Under the pieces are notes generated by a model that saw only the letters and a list, made by a program, of their open reading frames with translations, searched no databases and was not told the DNA's origin. Positions 28,972 to 38,503 of a stretch of DNA of 64,000 nucleotides are shown here, piece by piece. The stretch is from Thermoproteota archaeon (GTDB lineage Archaea > Thermoproteota > Bathyarchaeia > Bathyarchaeales > Bathyarchaeaceae). The translations under genes were made by a program, and so were the position numbers. The stretch is from contig JBHORG010000005.1 in NCBI GenBank assembly GCA_042565955.1, positions 14,025-78,024 on the forward strand. The letters are read 5' to 3'. Numbering within the stretch: the first letter of the stretch is position 1; every line of letters starts with the position of its first letter.

Positions 28972-29517
28972 ATGAAAAACATGACGATAACAATCCTCGA
29001 CATCGCCGGCGCCATGTGGTTTATTTTCCCAGCATACTGTGCCAATGCAGCCCCAGTCATCTTTGGTGGAGGCAAACCCATAGACTTCGGCAAAATATTC
29101 TTTGACGGCAATCCATTCCTTGGCTCCCACAAGACATTCAGAGGATTCTTGGCAGGGATCTTTGTGGGAACATTAGTTGGAGCAGTTCAAACACTCATCT
29201 TTGATCAGGTTCTAGTTCAATACAGCCCCCAGTTTCAATACAGCATACTACTAGGATTTATGCTGTCTCTAGGAGCATTAACAGGCGACCTAATAGAGTC
29301 TTTCATTAAACGGCGGTTAAACCGTTTTCCAGGAAGATCGCTTCCGGTAGCAGACCAGATAGACTTCATATTAGGAGCCTTCCTTTTTTCCATTCCAGTG
29401 TCACCCCCTTCCGTACTGACTGCCATGATAATTCTCTTGGTAACTATCCCGATACATTTATTGACAAATCTAGGGGCTACCCTTTTGAATATGAAAAACA
29501 AGGGAAAAAACAAGTGA
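28972..29517 (+). CDS. carS: CDP-archaeol synthase (DUF46 family)
   Basis: 181 aa polytopic membrane protein. Motifs FPAYCANAAPVIFGGGKPIDFG, HKTFRGFLAG and GDLIESFIKRR match my recollection of the CarS/DUF46 family. Confidence 0.7.
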   Translation: MKNMTITILDIAGAMWFIFPAYCANAAPVIFGGGKPIDFGKIFFDGNPFLGSHKTFRGFLAGIFVGTLVGAVQTLIFDQVLVQYSPQFQYSILLGFMLSLGALTGDLIESFIKRRLNRFPGRSLPVADQIDFILGAFLFSIPVSPPSVLTAMIILLVTIPIHLLTNLGATLLNMKNKGKNK

Positions 29518-29557
29518 ACCTAAACCGCTTTACTTTGTAATGCAGATTAAAAGACAG

Positions 29558-29980
29558 CTATGTGAAGCTGGCTATTAGATTTTGTTCAAGTAGAACATAC
29601 GCTAAGAGAAATAGTGCACAACCAACCAAAAGGAATCTGTATGCTTGGCGGGGGGTATATGCGTATTTTGTACTTCTGTAGGCTACAAGAAAACCTGCGA
29701 CTCCCATGGCATAGAAGATCATTATGATTATACTTTCTAGGAGTAATTGGTCAGATATACCATAAGGATAGAAACTAATTATTCTTCCCGCCGAACCGAC
29801 GAATGCTATTACGGGTTGAATCAACAGGTTGTAGATTCCACCTCCAAACAGGAATATAGAAGCAGCAACAGCTAAAGATCCAACAATGAATAAAGACGGT
29901 CTAGCAGTAAGTATTCTCTCGTAGGTCTTTTTCAACGAAAAGGCAAGAGATGAAAGTTGTTTACTGAAACCTTTAGCCAT
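29558..29980 (-). CDS. OST3/OST6/OSTC-family-like membrane protein (oligosaccharyltransferase accessory subunit homologue)
   Basis: 140 aa with 3-4 TM helices. FLFGGGIYNLLIQP...DQLLLESIIIMIFYAMGVAGFLVAYRS...YRFLLVGCALFLLAYVL parallels human OSTC/DC2 as I recall it (FLITGGIIYDVIVEP...[27 protein letters not shown]...NRFLLLFIGFVCVLLSF). Confidence 0.5.
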   Translation of the reverse strand: MAKGFSKQLSSLAFSLKKTYERILTARPSLFIVGSLAVAASIFLFGGGIYNLLIQPVIAFVGSAGRIISFYPYGISDQLLLESIIIMIFYAMGVAGFLVAYRSTKYAYTPRQAYRFLLVGCALFLLAYVLLEQNLIASFT

Positions 29981-29983
29981 TAT

Positions 29984-30196
29984 TTATCCATCCTTGTTCT
30001 TCAATAAATGCTCTGCAATTTCTTTTGCCCAAGCGCCTGTGTATGAATTCTTCACAACAGCTTTTAAATATTCCTTCCAAGAAACGCCCGTAGCCTTTTT
30101 CCAGTCCACAAACTTCTTAACAACATTTCGGTAAGCATCGTCATGAAACCCACAGTATTTCTCGACAGATTCTCGGCCACAAAAGATACACTTCAT
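29984..30196 (-). CDS. hypothetical small protein
   Basis: 70 aa beginning MKCIFCGRESVEKYCGFHDD. Its start overlaps the topA stop by 4 nt, which suggests translational coupling. Confidence 0.45.
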   Translation of the reverse strand: MKCIFCGRESVEKYCGFHDDAYRNVVKKFVDWKKATGVSWKEYLKAVVKNSYTGAWAKEIAEHLLKNKDG

Positions 30197-32328
30197 GCTT
30201 TTATCCTCCGCTTATCATTAACAGAACAATCCGGATTATAACATAAGTTCCATGGTTTTCTACCTCTAAGCCAGACTAGCATCATGGGCCATCCACAAGC
30301 TTTACAGTTGCTTCTGGTTGGTTTTACAGTTCCACGCTGAGGAAGAGGAAAAGACGTTTTGCAAAGACCTTTGAAATAGTTGGTGCAGCCAATGAAGCGC
30401 TTCCTGGTCTTCCTCGAATAGATAATCATAAGTTTGCCTGTGTCACAAGTTGGACACTGTCCAACAGTCCGTTCTTGTGTTTGTGCTATTTTTGTGGCTT
30501 TAGTTAAGGCTTCACCTATAGTCGCTTCGTTTTCTTTAAAATGTTCAAGCTGGAGCTTGAGCTGCTCGACAGTTTCTATGAGAACAGTTTCACGATTCAT
30601 CTTTCCATTTTGGATTCGATCCATTTTATCTTCAAGTTCTTGAGTAAGCTTTGATGATGCTACAATAGAAGCATACCTACAGAGAACATCAACAACGCCA
30701 AAGCCTAACTCAGTTACCACAATTCTTTCATCTCTAACATATCCGCGGTTGTAAAGAGTTTGAATGATATCTGCTCGAGTCGCTTTTGTTCCTATTCCAA
30801 GTTCTTCCATTCTCTTTAGGAGACTACTTGGGTTGTAACGAGGCGGAGGGCAGGTGAATTTATCTTCCCGTACGACCCGTCTAAAATGAACTTTGTCGCC
30901 TTGTTTGAGGGGTACCAAAACTATCTCCTCGACGTGAAGGAAGGGTTTGTAGTATTTCATCCAGCCTTCCTTTAGAAGGCGTCTTCCTCTCACAAAGAAA
31001 ATGTGGTTAGTCACTTCTATGTGCACCTTCAGGCGCTCTGTTAACGCATCTTCCCCGAAAACAGTCATGAACCTTCGGACAATAAGGTCCCAAATTCTCT
31101 TCTCTGGTGTTCCTAAGGATTTTTCTGGTAGGTTTCCTGTGGGATACACTGCAGGATGCGCGGGATCTTCTTTAGCGCCCTCTCGGGGCTTTAATTCTTT
31201 GTCATCTAGAAGTTTTGAGGCTAACTTCTTGTATCCAGATTGTCTTTTGAGGGAGTTGAGAATCTTTCTGTAGTTTATTATTGGAGGTAACTTCTGGCTA
31301 TTTGTCCTTGGATACGAGATTAAAGCGCCAAGATATAAGCTCTGAGCGATTGCTAGGGTGCGTCTTGGAGTATATCCGAAGAGACGATATGCTTCCCGTT
31401 GTAACGTGCCCACATCAAAGGGTATAGGAGACTTCTGGTGAACCTTTTTCATTGCAACCTTCGTGACGTTCCCAGTTTTGTCTTTGCAGGCTTGCACAAC
31501 AGCATCTGCTTCAGTGTTTGTTTCAATTCTTTTTCGTTCATATTCTGCTTCAATTATCGAGTTTAGAATTTCAACCTCACCACGTATTTGCCAATATGGA
31601 ACGGGCACATAGTTGCGAATTGAATTCTCTCTTGAAGCCAGAAACTGGAGGGTAGCTCCTTGTACTCTTCCTGTGGTTAAGGTGGAGTATCTGCCGCTCC
31701 AGCGGCTAGCCGCCAAAGTCAAGGCTCGTGAAAGATTTATACCATATAGCCAATCCAGTTCATGCCTAGTTCTTCCGGAGTCTATAAGCGTAAAGTCTAA
31801 GTGAGGAAGAGGTTCTTCGTAAGCGTTCTCTAAATCACTTTTCATGAGCGTAGAAAATTTCATCCTTTTTGCTGAAGCTACCTTGTTGTCACAGGCATAC
31901 TTCAGTATATAGTATCCGATAAGGCTACCTTCAATGTCGTAATCGCAAGCCGAAATAAACTCGTCAGCATACTGGGACAGCTCCAAAAAAGTTTCAACCC
32001 AATTACGAATCGATTTTGCTCCTCTCTCCGCTAAGTGTCGTGGTACCCATTTGAAATTGAAGACTGGATAATAGTTACGTTTTCCTCTTTCGTGAACGAT
32101 AGTGTAGAGGTGCCCAATGGCGGGAATAACAACTAGTTTTTTGTCTCTTTGGACGATGAAATAGGGTACGCCATTATTCTTAAGATACTTGGGCTTGCCT
32201 TTATGGTCAAGGGCAATGGCTATTCTTTTTGCAGCATTTGGTTTTTCAGTAACGATCAGGGTGTATTTTTCACATTTTTGTGTAATTATACTATCTGTAC
32301 CAGCTTCATTTGATATATTAGAGGACAT
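30193..32328 (-). CDS. topA: DNA topoisomerase, type IA
   Basis: 711 aa. The N-terminal Toprim is LIVTEKPNAAKRIAIAL...ACDYDIEGS. The topo IA core contains ISYPRTNSQKL (active-site Tyr region). C-terminal Zn ribbons are CPTCDTGKL...GCTNY and CKACGWPM. Confidence 0.9.
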   Translation of the reverse strand: MSSNISNEAGTDSIITQKCEKYTLIVTEKPNAAKRIAIALDHKGKPKYLKNNGVPYFIVQRDKKLVVIPAIGHLYTIVHERGKRNYYPVFNFKWVPRHLAERGAKSIRNWVETFLELSQYADEFISACDYDIEGSLIGYYILKYACDNKVASAKRMKFSTLMKSDLENAYEEPLPHLDFTLIDSGRTRHELDWLYGINLSRALTLAASRWSGRYSTLTTGRVQGATLQFLASRENSIRNYVPVPYWQIRGEVEILNSIIEAEYERKRIETNTEADAVVQACKDKTGNVTKVAMKKVHQKSPIPFDVGTLQREAYRLFGYTPRRTLAIAQSLYLGALISYPRTNSQKLPPIINYRKILNSLKRQSGYKKLASKLLDDKELKPREGAKEDPAHPAVYPTGNLPEKSLGTPEKRIWDLIVRRFMTVFGEDALTERLKVHIEVTNHIFFVRGRRLLKEGWMKYYKPFLHVEEIVLVPLKQGDKVHFRRVVREDKFTCPPPRYNPSSLLKRMEELGIGTKATRADIIQTLYNRGYVRDERIVVTELGFGVVDVLCRYASIVASSKLTQELEDKMDRIQNGKMNRETVLIETVEQLKLQLEHFKENEATIGEALTKATKIAQTQERTVGQCPTCDTGKLMIIYSRKTRKRFIGCTNYFKGLCKTSFPLPQRGTVKPTRSNCKACGWPMMLVWLRGRKPWNLCYNPDCSVNDKRRIKA

Positions 32329-32429
32329 ATTGATTAATCCAGAAACGGATGATGGAGATTAGATATTAAGTCTTCCATATCTGTATCTAATATCGATTTG
32401 TGACTTGGTCAAATCCAGGTACTCAGTTA

Positions 32430-32633
32430 CTACTTTTTCCGAGTGTAAACAGTCTTGAGCTTGTCAAGCTGATTTTTATAACAAATTCGGCATTCTTTGT
32501 CCATATCTTCAAGCTTCATTGGTTCAAGATGTACCTCAAAACCTAAAGATTCATACTCTTTAATTTCACTTAATCTAGGATCATCAATAGTATTACGTTT
32601 AATCCAACCCTTTTTTTCGAGTTCTTTGGACAT
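32430..32633 (-). CDS. hypothetical small protein
   Basis: 67-aa ORF with an ATG start. No motif was recognised. Confidence 0.3.
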   Translation of the reverse strand: MSKELEKKGWIKRNTIDDPRLSEIKEYESLGFEVHLEPMKLEDMDKECRICYKNQLDKLKTVYTRKK

Positions 32634-33017
32634 AATATCTTCATTAAAGCTTAGTTTCTATTTGTAAAAAAGACTTTTCTCTGAAAATATTTTTTCCAGA
32701 ACTAACATCTGTAATATCTCTTTTTCTGACGAATACCAATATCAAGTAATTCCACAATTTCCTTCATGGTTACTTCTACACTTATTCCTAACGGCTACAC
32801 TATCAACTTTAGTAATCAGAATGAGACTTTATCGAATTAACAAATGAAGTTAGTAGCCTCTATCTGTAGCAACCAATCTACGAATTTAAAGATTAATCTT
32901 CTAGACGTCTAATACTTTATTCTTCAAATTGAATTATAAAAATGTAGTAGATTAAATGTGATATAGGTACAAATAATAAACAGAAATATGTAAAGTGGCG
33001 TTTGCAATCCGTCGCAA

Positions 33018-33028
33018 TATATAAATAG
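33018..33028 (+). promoter_or_regulatory. TATA-box-like element TATATAAATAG
   Basis: About 41 nt upstream of the 33070 start. The same TATAAATAG word occurs at a similar distance upstream of nop10 (36910..36919, minus) and rpl44e (38488..38496, minus). Confidence 0.35.
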
Positions 33029-33069
33029 TTTACAACGTTTGTATTTGCTCCTATAACGGCTGTGATATC

Positions 33070-33261
33070 TTGCCTCAACAGGTAATTTGCGAAAAATGCA
33101 GTTTTATTCTATACGAAGGTATGGAACTCAAACCGCCAGATGAGATAATTCAAACTCACGATGGTAAATGCCCTAAATGTGATAAAAAAATATCCTTTGT
33201 ACCAATAAAAGTTGATGTTAGACCCGCCGATGACAAATCAAGAAAACGTGGAAGACGTTAG
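33070..33261 (+). CDS. small Zn-ribbon protein
   Basis: 63 aa with a TTG start. CEKC...(24 aa)...CPKC is a four-Cys ribbon, followed by a basic tail. Confidence 0.4.
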   Translation: MPQQVICEKCSFILYEGMELKPPDEIIQTHDGKCPKCDKKISFVPIKVDVRPADDKSRKRGRR

Positions 33262-33355
33262 TCCTAAAAGATGATCTGTATTATATTCTCCTTTTTGATG
33301 GAAAAAATTAAGTGATATAAGGATGATATCAGGATTTGAAGAGGAGTCATGAAAA

Positions 33356-33481
33356 ATGGCAGATTGGTCATGTATGAAGTGTGGACATAAATGGTGCAAC
33401 GAAAGCAAGGAGGAACCTAGACAATGTCCCATGTGCAGATGCGGCATCATATACGTTCCGAGAGTTACCAAAAAAAAATAG
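33356..33481 (+). CDS. very small Zn-ribbon protein (41 aa, below ORF-track cutoff)
   Basis: Manual translation gives MADWSCMKCGHKWCNESKEEPRQCPMCRCGIIYVPRVTKKK, with CxxC...CxxC. GAGGAG lies about 10 nt upstream of the ATG. The overlapping minus-strand ORF 33238..33615 looks spurious. Confidence 0.35.
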   Translation: MADWSCMKCGHKWCNESKEEPRQCPMCRCGIIYVPRVTKKK

Positions 33482-33696
33482 GTCAAAGAAGCAAATAATG
33501 TGGGTAATTGGAACTCCCAAATCATGCTTTTTGTATTCAATTTGCTATCTGTTACTTCGTTGTTCAAGTAAAGATTAAAAACTGAAATTCTTATTATCTC
33601 CAAGAAGACTGGCAATAACTGTGGAATACCACAAGAAAAATATAGGGTTCATTGCTTTCATTGACGAGAGAAGGGTTTGCGGTGAATATTGGAAAA

Positions 33697-35910
33697 ATGT
33701 TTAGGAAAGAAGGCGCAGGAAAGGCATTATCAAGCATTGGAGCTCTTCGCTTCCGGATGTCTCATTCTTCTTTGTTGCACATATCTCTGCTGCTCATTAT
33801 TCTGGTTATTGCAGCTACGATCAGGTTGCTTCCTCTCCAGTGGGGCTACCAACTTTCCGAGTTTGATCCCCACATTCATTACCGTTTAACCAGGCACATG
33901 GTTGATAACGGGTTGTTCGCTTGGACCGGATGGACAGACATGATGAGCTGGTACCCAACAGGATATGATATTTCAGCCGCAATTTATCCGGGGTTAGCGA
34001 CAACAGCAGCTGTGTTTTATCAGATAGCTAATGCATTGAATCTTGCTCCAGCGCCCATTCTCAGCTCAGAAATTTATCATCCTCTAACTGCGGATCCTGT
34101 TTTTAATTTCGTTGTATTGTTCCCAGTTATTATGGGGACATTAACTGTTTTGGTTATCTATTTTGTGGGAAAAGACTTTGGCGGCAAAGCAGTGGGGCTA
34201 TTTTCAGCTTTCTTTTTAGCCCTAAGTTCATCATATATTAGCCGTACCTCCCTTGGTTTCTTTGATGATGAAACTGTGGGAATCTTCGGCATTCTCTTGT
34301 TCATCCTATTTTTCTTAAGGTCTATTGACCCAAAAAGGTCCATCAAAAGCACGGTTAGTTATGCAGTTGCTGGAGGGTTATCGTTAGGTTATCTCTTTGC
34401 GTCTTGGGGAGCAGCACGATATTCAGTTGGAATTGCTTTGATTTTCGTTTTTGTTCTACTCGTGATACGGCGATATTCAACTCGTCTCTTAATTTCGTTT
34501 GGCACAACTTTTGGTATATCGTTATTAATCGCAACAATGGTACCAAAGTTAGGGGTCAACTTTCTAACAGAACCTACAATCTTGGCAGTTGCTGGAATGT
34601 TTCTAATATTGAGCATATACGAAGTCTCTCGCCGCATCGCTACAAATAAACAGAAAATGATGTTTGTGTTTGGTTTTATAGCTCTAATTATCGCTGGATT
34701 CATTGTGCTTTCAAGTCTAGGATTAATCGGTTCGTTAGAAGACAAGTTCATCTCAGTTTTATTCCCCGGTGAACGTCTAGGTGATAGCCCAGTACAACAA
34801 CTTATTCAGTCTGTGCAGGAACACAGACCAGCCACATGGGGATCGTTTTACTTCGACTTGGGCATAGGAATTCTCTTCGTGCCTATCGGTTTGTACTTTG
34901 TCCTTCAGAATCCGACAAACCGCAATATTTTTCTCGCAATCTTTGGGTTAACAGCCATCTACTTTGCTGGGTCAATGGCTAGGTTAAATTTGCTTTTGGC
35001 ACCAGCTGTTGCTATATTATGGGCAGTAGCTTTGGTTCAGTTGATCAAACCATTTGTCACAATTCTCCAGGAAAACCCCAAAATTCCGAGACGTAAAATG
35101 CGTTTCAGACCTCGCGTGGGCAAGGAATTCAGCGCAGCATTCATTATTTTAATGTTTCTCTTGTTGACGGTTACCTTTGTGTTACCTACAACCCCTAATG
35201 CAAATTACTCAAGAGTTATAGAACGTGCGCATTCTCCTACAACCATTGCAGCCTCAAGTTTACCGCTTAAACCTGATAAACCAATTAGTGATTGGCTAGA
35301 TGCCCTAAATTGGATGCGTGTTAACCTGCCTGATGATGCGGTTGTCCTAGCCTGGTGGGATTATGGATATTGGATTACGGCTATTGGTAATAAGACATCA
35401 CTTGCGGATAACGGTACAGTGAATTCTACACAGATAGGAGAAATTGGTAGAACGATGATGTCAAACGAAACTGAAGCCTTAAAGTTTTGTAGAGATTATG
35501 ACGTAACACATGTAGTTGTTTTTGCAAGCTTTGGAACGGACGGTCAATCTACTACATTATATGATGCAGGATACGGCGATGAAGGCAAATGGAGATGGAT
35601 GGCAAAAATTGGCGGATTAGATGACAACTTGTATGGAAACTATACACTTGGAGAAGATTGGCTAGATATAAACGAGGATGGTAGAGTGGATTCTGAGGAG
35701 TTAATAAATAACGAGATGGGAAACAGCACATTGATATACAAACTGATGCACTACGCAAGAGAAAGAATTGCTATTGGGTCTTCAGATATCATTCTAGAGC
35801 ACTTTGAGAAAGCATACTTCTCACAAAGCTCAGAAACCATAAAATGGTTCCAAGACTCAAACGGTTACTCCACAGCTGTAGTATGCGTGTATGAAGTCAT
35901 CTACGATTAA
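33697..35910 (+). CDS. aglB: oligosaccharyltransferase STT3/AglB
   Basis: About 13 TM helices form the N-terminal domain. The catalytic-site motif is WWDYGYWI (WWDYG). A soluble C-terminal domain follows. ATG 33697 is preceded by GGTGA; the track start is a TTG at 33652. Confidence 0.9.
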   Translation: MFRKEGAGKALSSIGALRFRMSHSSLLHISLLLIILVIAATIRLLPLQWGYQLSEFDPHIHYRLTRHMVDNGLFAWTGWTDMMSWYPTGYDISAAIYPGLATTAAVFYQIANALNLAPAPILSSEIYHPLTADPVFNFVVLFPVIMGTLTVLVIYFVGKDFGGKAVGLFSAFFLALSSSYISRTSLGFFDDETVGIFGILLFILFFLRSIDPKRSIKSTVSYAVAGGLSLGYLFASWGAARYSVGIALIFVFVLLVIRRYSTRLLISFGTTFGISLLIATMVPKLGVNFLTEPTILAVAGMFLILSIYEVSRRIATNKQKMMFVFGFIALIIAGFIVLSSLGLIGSLEDKFISVLFPGERLGDSPVQQLIQSVQEHRPATWGSFYFDLGIGILFVPIGLYFVLQNPTNRNIFLAIFGLTAIYFAGSMARLNLLLAPAVAILWAVALVQLIKPFVTILQENPKIPRRKMRFRPRVGKEFSAAFIILMFLLLTVTFVLPTTPNANYSRVIERAHSPTTIAASSLPLKPDKPISDWLDALNWMRVNLPDDAVVLAWWDYGYWITAIGNKTSLADNGTVNSTQIGEIGRTMMSNETEALKFCRDYDVTHVVVFASFGTDGQSTTLYDAGYGDEGKWRWMAKIGGLDDNLYGNYTLGEDWLDINEDGRVDSEELINNEMGNSTLIYKLMHYARERIAIGSSDIILEHFEKAYFSQSSETIKWFQDSNGYSTAVVCVYEVIYD

Positions 35911-35921
35911 GAGTAATCGCC

Positions 35922-36695
35922 TCAAGAAATGTAGGTGATTCTCTCTTCTTCTACTCTGCGCATCTTCTGCAGATACTCAACTCGTCTTTTCTCGATGTCC
36001 TGCATTCTACCCAAAATTTCTTTAGAACGATCTATTTCTCCATCTAAGCCTTTCAAGTCAACATTAGTATCAAGAAATCCCTGCAAAACCTCGATAACAC
36101 TTTTTGCGGTCTTTGGGTCAGGTAAGTAGCCACGAGTCTCGCCCAAAAGACAAACAGCATCTATCTTCCTAAATTTTGCTAATCCTAAAAGTAAACCAGC
36201 AGTACCAACAATAGGAGTTCCTGGATCACTGGAAACTGCCTTGGCTTTTAGAGCTTTCTCAAACAGAACAGAGTTTGTAGACACTGCAACTACGTTTGGG
36301 GTCCCTTCAACCTCGTTTCTGTATCCACCAATAGTTACGACCATCTTCACTTTTTTCTTTTCAACGAAATCGAGGATACTATTAGCTACCTCAAACTGGC
36401 CCTCAATTGTCTGGGGTTGACTGTCCCCAACAAGGAAAATGAAGTCGTTTTCCCCAGTCTCGTTTTTCCAGAAATAAAATTCTCCGCGGAGAAGTCTGGC
36501 GCTTCCTTTTTTATTGACAATGACATGGTAGGGAAAATGTGGAGAATACAAAAATGCGAGCTTTTTGGCTTTTAACTGCTTTACTAGATATTTGGTTGCT
36601 ATGCTTCCCACCATACCTAATCCAGGAAAACCTTCAATCAGAATCGGATTCTTCAACTTAACGTTTGCTTGTTCCTTAATGATTGTTGTTTTCAT
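35922..36695 (-). CDS. PAC2-family proteasome assembly chaperone (COG1938, PbaA/PbaB-like)
   Basis: 257 aa. PILIEGFPGLGMVGSIATKYLV is the PAC2 family N-terminal signature. It occupies the conserved position after nop10. Confidence 0.75.
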   Translation of the reverse strand: MKTTIIKEQANVKLKNPILIEGFPGLGMVGSIATKYLVKQLKAKKLAFLYSPHFPYHVIVNKKGSARLLRGEFYFWKNETGENDFIFLVGDSQPQTIEGQFEVANSILDFVEKKKVKMVVTIGGYRNEVEGTPNVVAVSTNSVLFEKALKAKAVSSDPGTPIVGTAGLLLGLAKFRKIDAVCLLGETRGYLPDPKTAKSVIEVLQGFLDTNVDLKGLDGEIDRSKEILGRMQDIEKRRVEYLQKMRRVEEERITYIS

Positions 36696-36858
36696 TCTGA
36701 CTTAAACCTCTCATTGCTCGTCTATATTTTGCATACCGGTCTTCAGGCGAGAATTTAGCAGGATGTGGAATATGCAAGTTACCTCCACAAACGGGACAGT
36801 TTTTCTGATTCAAAGTATATTTTTCGCACTTTACGCATTTTCTAAGTAACCAAACCAT
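36676..36858 (-). CDS. nop10: H/ACA RNP subunit Nop10
   Basis: From ATG 36858: MVWLLRKCVKCEKYTLNQKNCPVCGGNLHIPHPAKFSPEDRYAKYRR, the Nop10 Zn ribbon plus the P(A/P)KFSPEDxY motif. Confidence 0.9.
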   Translation of the reverse strand: MVWLLRKCVKCEKYTLNQKNCPVCGGNLHIPHPAKFSPEDRYAKYRRAMRGLSQNENNNH

Positions 36859-36909
36859 CAACGCCACAAGCTATACTATTCTTTCGCCAAATATCCTAGA
36901 TATTCACAC

Positions 36910-36919
36910 CTATTTATAC
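36910..36919 (-). promoter_or_regulatory. TATA-box-like element (GTATAAATAG on minus strand) upstream of nop10
   Basis: 52 nt upstream of the nop10 ATG. A partial second copy (GTAAATAGGTGTG) lies adjacent. Confidence 0.3.
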
Positions 36920-37134
36920 GAACACACCTATTTACGTTTCCAATAAACACAAAAACCCCCTTTTCGATCAACATAACCCAAGCAAAAAAAGAATTCGATA
37001 ATCCATAAGTAACTGAAATAACTTGACCAAACTCTGTTTCCAACTACCGTATGAGACAAATAATAGTTCATTGTTGAAAACAACTTTTTACGAAAAAATC
37101 TAAACATACAAGAAAAGTAGGCTTCAAAGGAAGC

Positions 37135-37926
37135 TTATTTCTCTCGTTCAAAGGAGCCTTTTCCGCCACTCTTCGAAATGAACTCTAGTGCAGAGCTGGA
37201 GGCTTTCTCTAAAACGTTTTCCGCACTTTTATAGTCATCAGCCGAAACTACAATGCGATAGTTGGGAGGCGAAACCAGATAGACAGTCACATCTGCTCCC
37301 TCTGATTCTCCAACCTCTTTAGCATGCTTTAACGTCTCTTTAATGATGAGCACTCCGTTCGGCTTTGGGTTTTGAAGCTCCAAAATCCCTTTCACATTTA
37401 CCAAGGATATCTGTATCTTTTCCTTAGCAATCTCCTCTAAAGTAACTGCAAGCTCCTTATCTATTCCCAGATCCAACAGAACATCGACGCCATCCTTTGC
37501 AGTCTTCTCCAGACCCTCATGAAGTTCCCCAAAGGCATTCTCTATTAACGCCCCCGCATTCTCATAGGCGTCTTTGAAAGAAATATTCAACTTTTCAGCC
37601 GCAGTCCGCAGCAAGCTCTCTGCCTTACGATCTTTTTTCCAAGATAGGAGCTTCTCTTTTTTATCTCGCTTGGTAACTCTTCTACGCGATAGGTCAACTT
37701 GTCCCTTGGCTGCCTGAACCCGCAGAACCTTAAGTACAACTTTTTGCCCTTCACGAACATAATCGCGAATATTTCTTACCCACCGAGAGGCAACCTCAGA
37801 AACGTGAAGGAGACCCTCCTTATCGTATTCATCCAGTCTAACGTAGGCACCGTAAGATGTTATCTTCACCACAGTTGCAATTACCAAATCGCCTACATCA
37901 GGCCATTCAGGTCTCCTTAAACTCAT
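37135..37926 (-). CDS. eif2a: translation initiation factor aIF2 alpha subunit
   Basis: 263 aa. The N-terminal S1 domain is PDVGDLVIATVVKITSYGAYVRLDEYDKEGLLHVSEVASRWVRNIRD. Confidence 0.92.
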   Translation of the reverse strand: MSLRRPEWPDVGDLVIATVVKITSYGAYVRLDEYDKEGLLHVSEVASRWVRNIRDYVREGQKVVLKVLRVQAAKGQVDLSRRRVTKRDKKEKLLSWKKDRKAESLLRTAAEKLNISFKDAYENAGALIENAFGELHEGLEKTAKDGVDVLLDLGIDKELAVTLEEIAKEKIQISLVNVKGILELQNPKPNGVLIIKETLKHAKEVGESEGADVTVYLVSPPNYRIVVSADDYKSAENVLEKASSSALEFISKSGGKGSFEREK

Positions 37927-37950
37927 TTTCTTCTATATCCTTTTTCTTTT

Positions 37951-38148
37951 TTATTCTAAAATGTCTGTGATTTCGCCCTTGACTTTGGTTTTCCCGCCGG
38001 AAGGCTCTGCTAATATCGAACTACACACGTTACAGTGTACAGAACTTGTAGCATGACTGAAAACGAATTGCTCATTTCCACAGTCTGGACATTTTATTCG
38101 ATAGAAACTGCTTTTAGGTTTCGGTATAAGTTTATCCCATTCACTCAA
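37951..38148 (-). CDS. rps27e: 30S ribosomal protein S27e
   Basis: 65 aa. FYRIKCPDCGNEQFVFSHATSSVHCNVCSSILAEPSGGK is the S27e Zn ribbon. Confidence 0.92.
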   Translation of the reverse strand: MSEWDKLIPKPKSSFYRIKCPDCGNEQFVFSHATSSVHCNVCSSILAEPSGGKTKVKGEITDILE

Positions 38149-38163
38149 TCTTCTTCACCCCAC

Positions 38164-38442
38164 TTAGGTTATGATTAATTTTTTAAGACGAATACCTTTC
38201 TTGTGCCGCATATAACCGCAGCTCTTACATTTGAGCCTTAGTGTCTGCTTTTTGGTTACTTTTGCAAACTTCCTTTGCCTAGGGAACTTTTGCCCACCAT
38301 ATCCCTTCTTCTCCCTCAGCGCATGAGCTCGTTCACCTTTGGCTAGGGCTCTCCTCTTCCCTGCCTTATATAAGGAAACAGCGTGAATCTGATGAGACTG
38401 ACATTTGGGGCAGTATGTGTTGACTTCTTTTGGTGTGTTCAT
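38164..38442 (-). CDS. rpl44e: 50S ribosomal protein L44e (eL42)
   Basis: From ATG 38442: MNTPKEVNTYCPKCQSHQIHAVSLYKAGKRRALAKGERAH...KGYGGQ...LRLKCKSCG. Confidence 0.9.
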   Translation of the reverse strand: MNTPKEVNTYCPKCQSHQIHAVSLYKAGKRRALAKGERAHALREKKGYGGQKFPRQRKFAKVTKKQTLRLKCKSCGYMRHKKGIRLKKLIIT

Positions 38443-38480
38443 CGCGATCAACTGATTTAGTTAAGTATAAAACAGCCCCC

Positions 38481-38503
38481 TTAATTACTATTTATACATT
38501 TCT
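38481..38503. repeat. attL core (direct repeat copy 1)
   Basis: TTAATTACTATTTATACATTTCT. It contains the last four sense codons and the stop codon of the integrase gene (minus strand ...GAA ATG TAT AAA TAG). Confidence 0.75.

Noticed and set aside
33238-33615. 125-aa minus-strand ORF
   Set aside because: It has no recognisable features and overlaps two + strand Zn-ribbon ORFs that have better start contexts.
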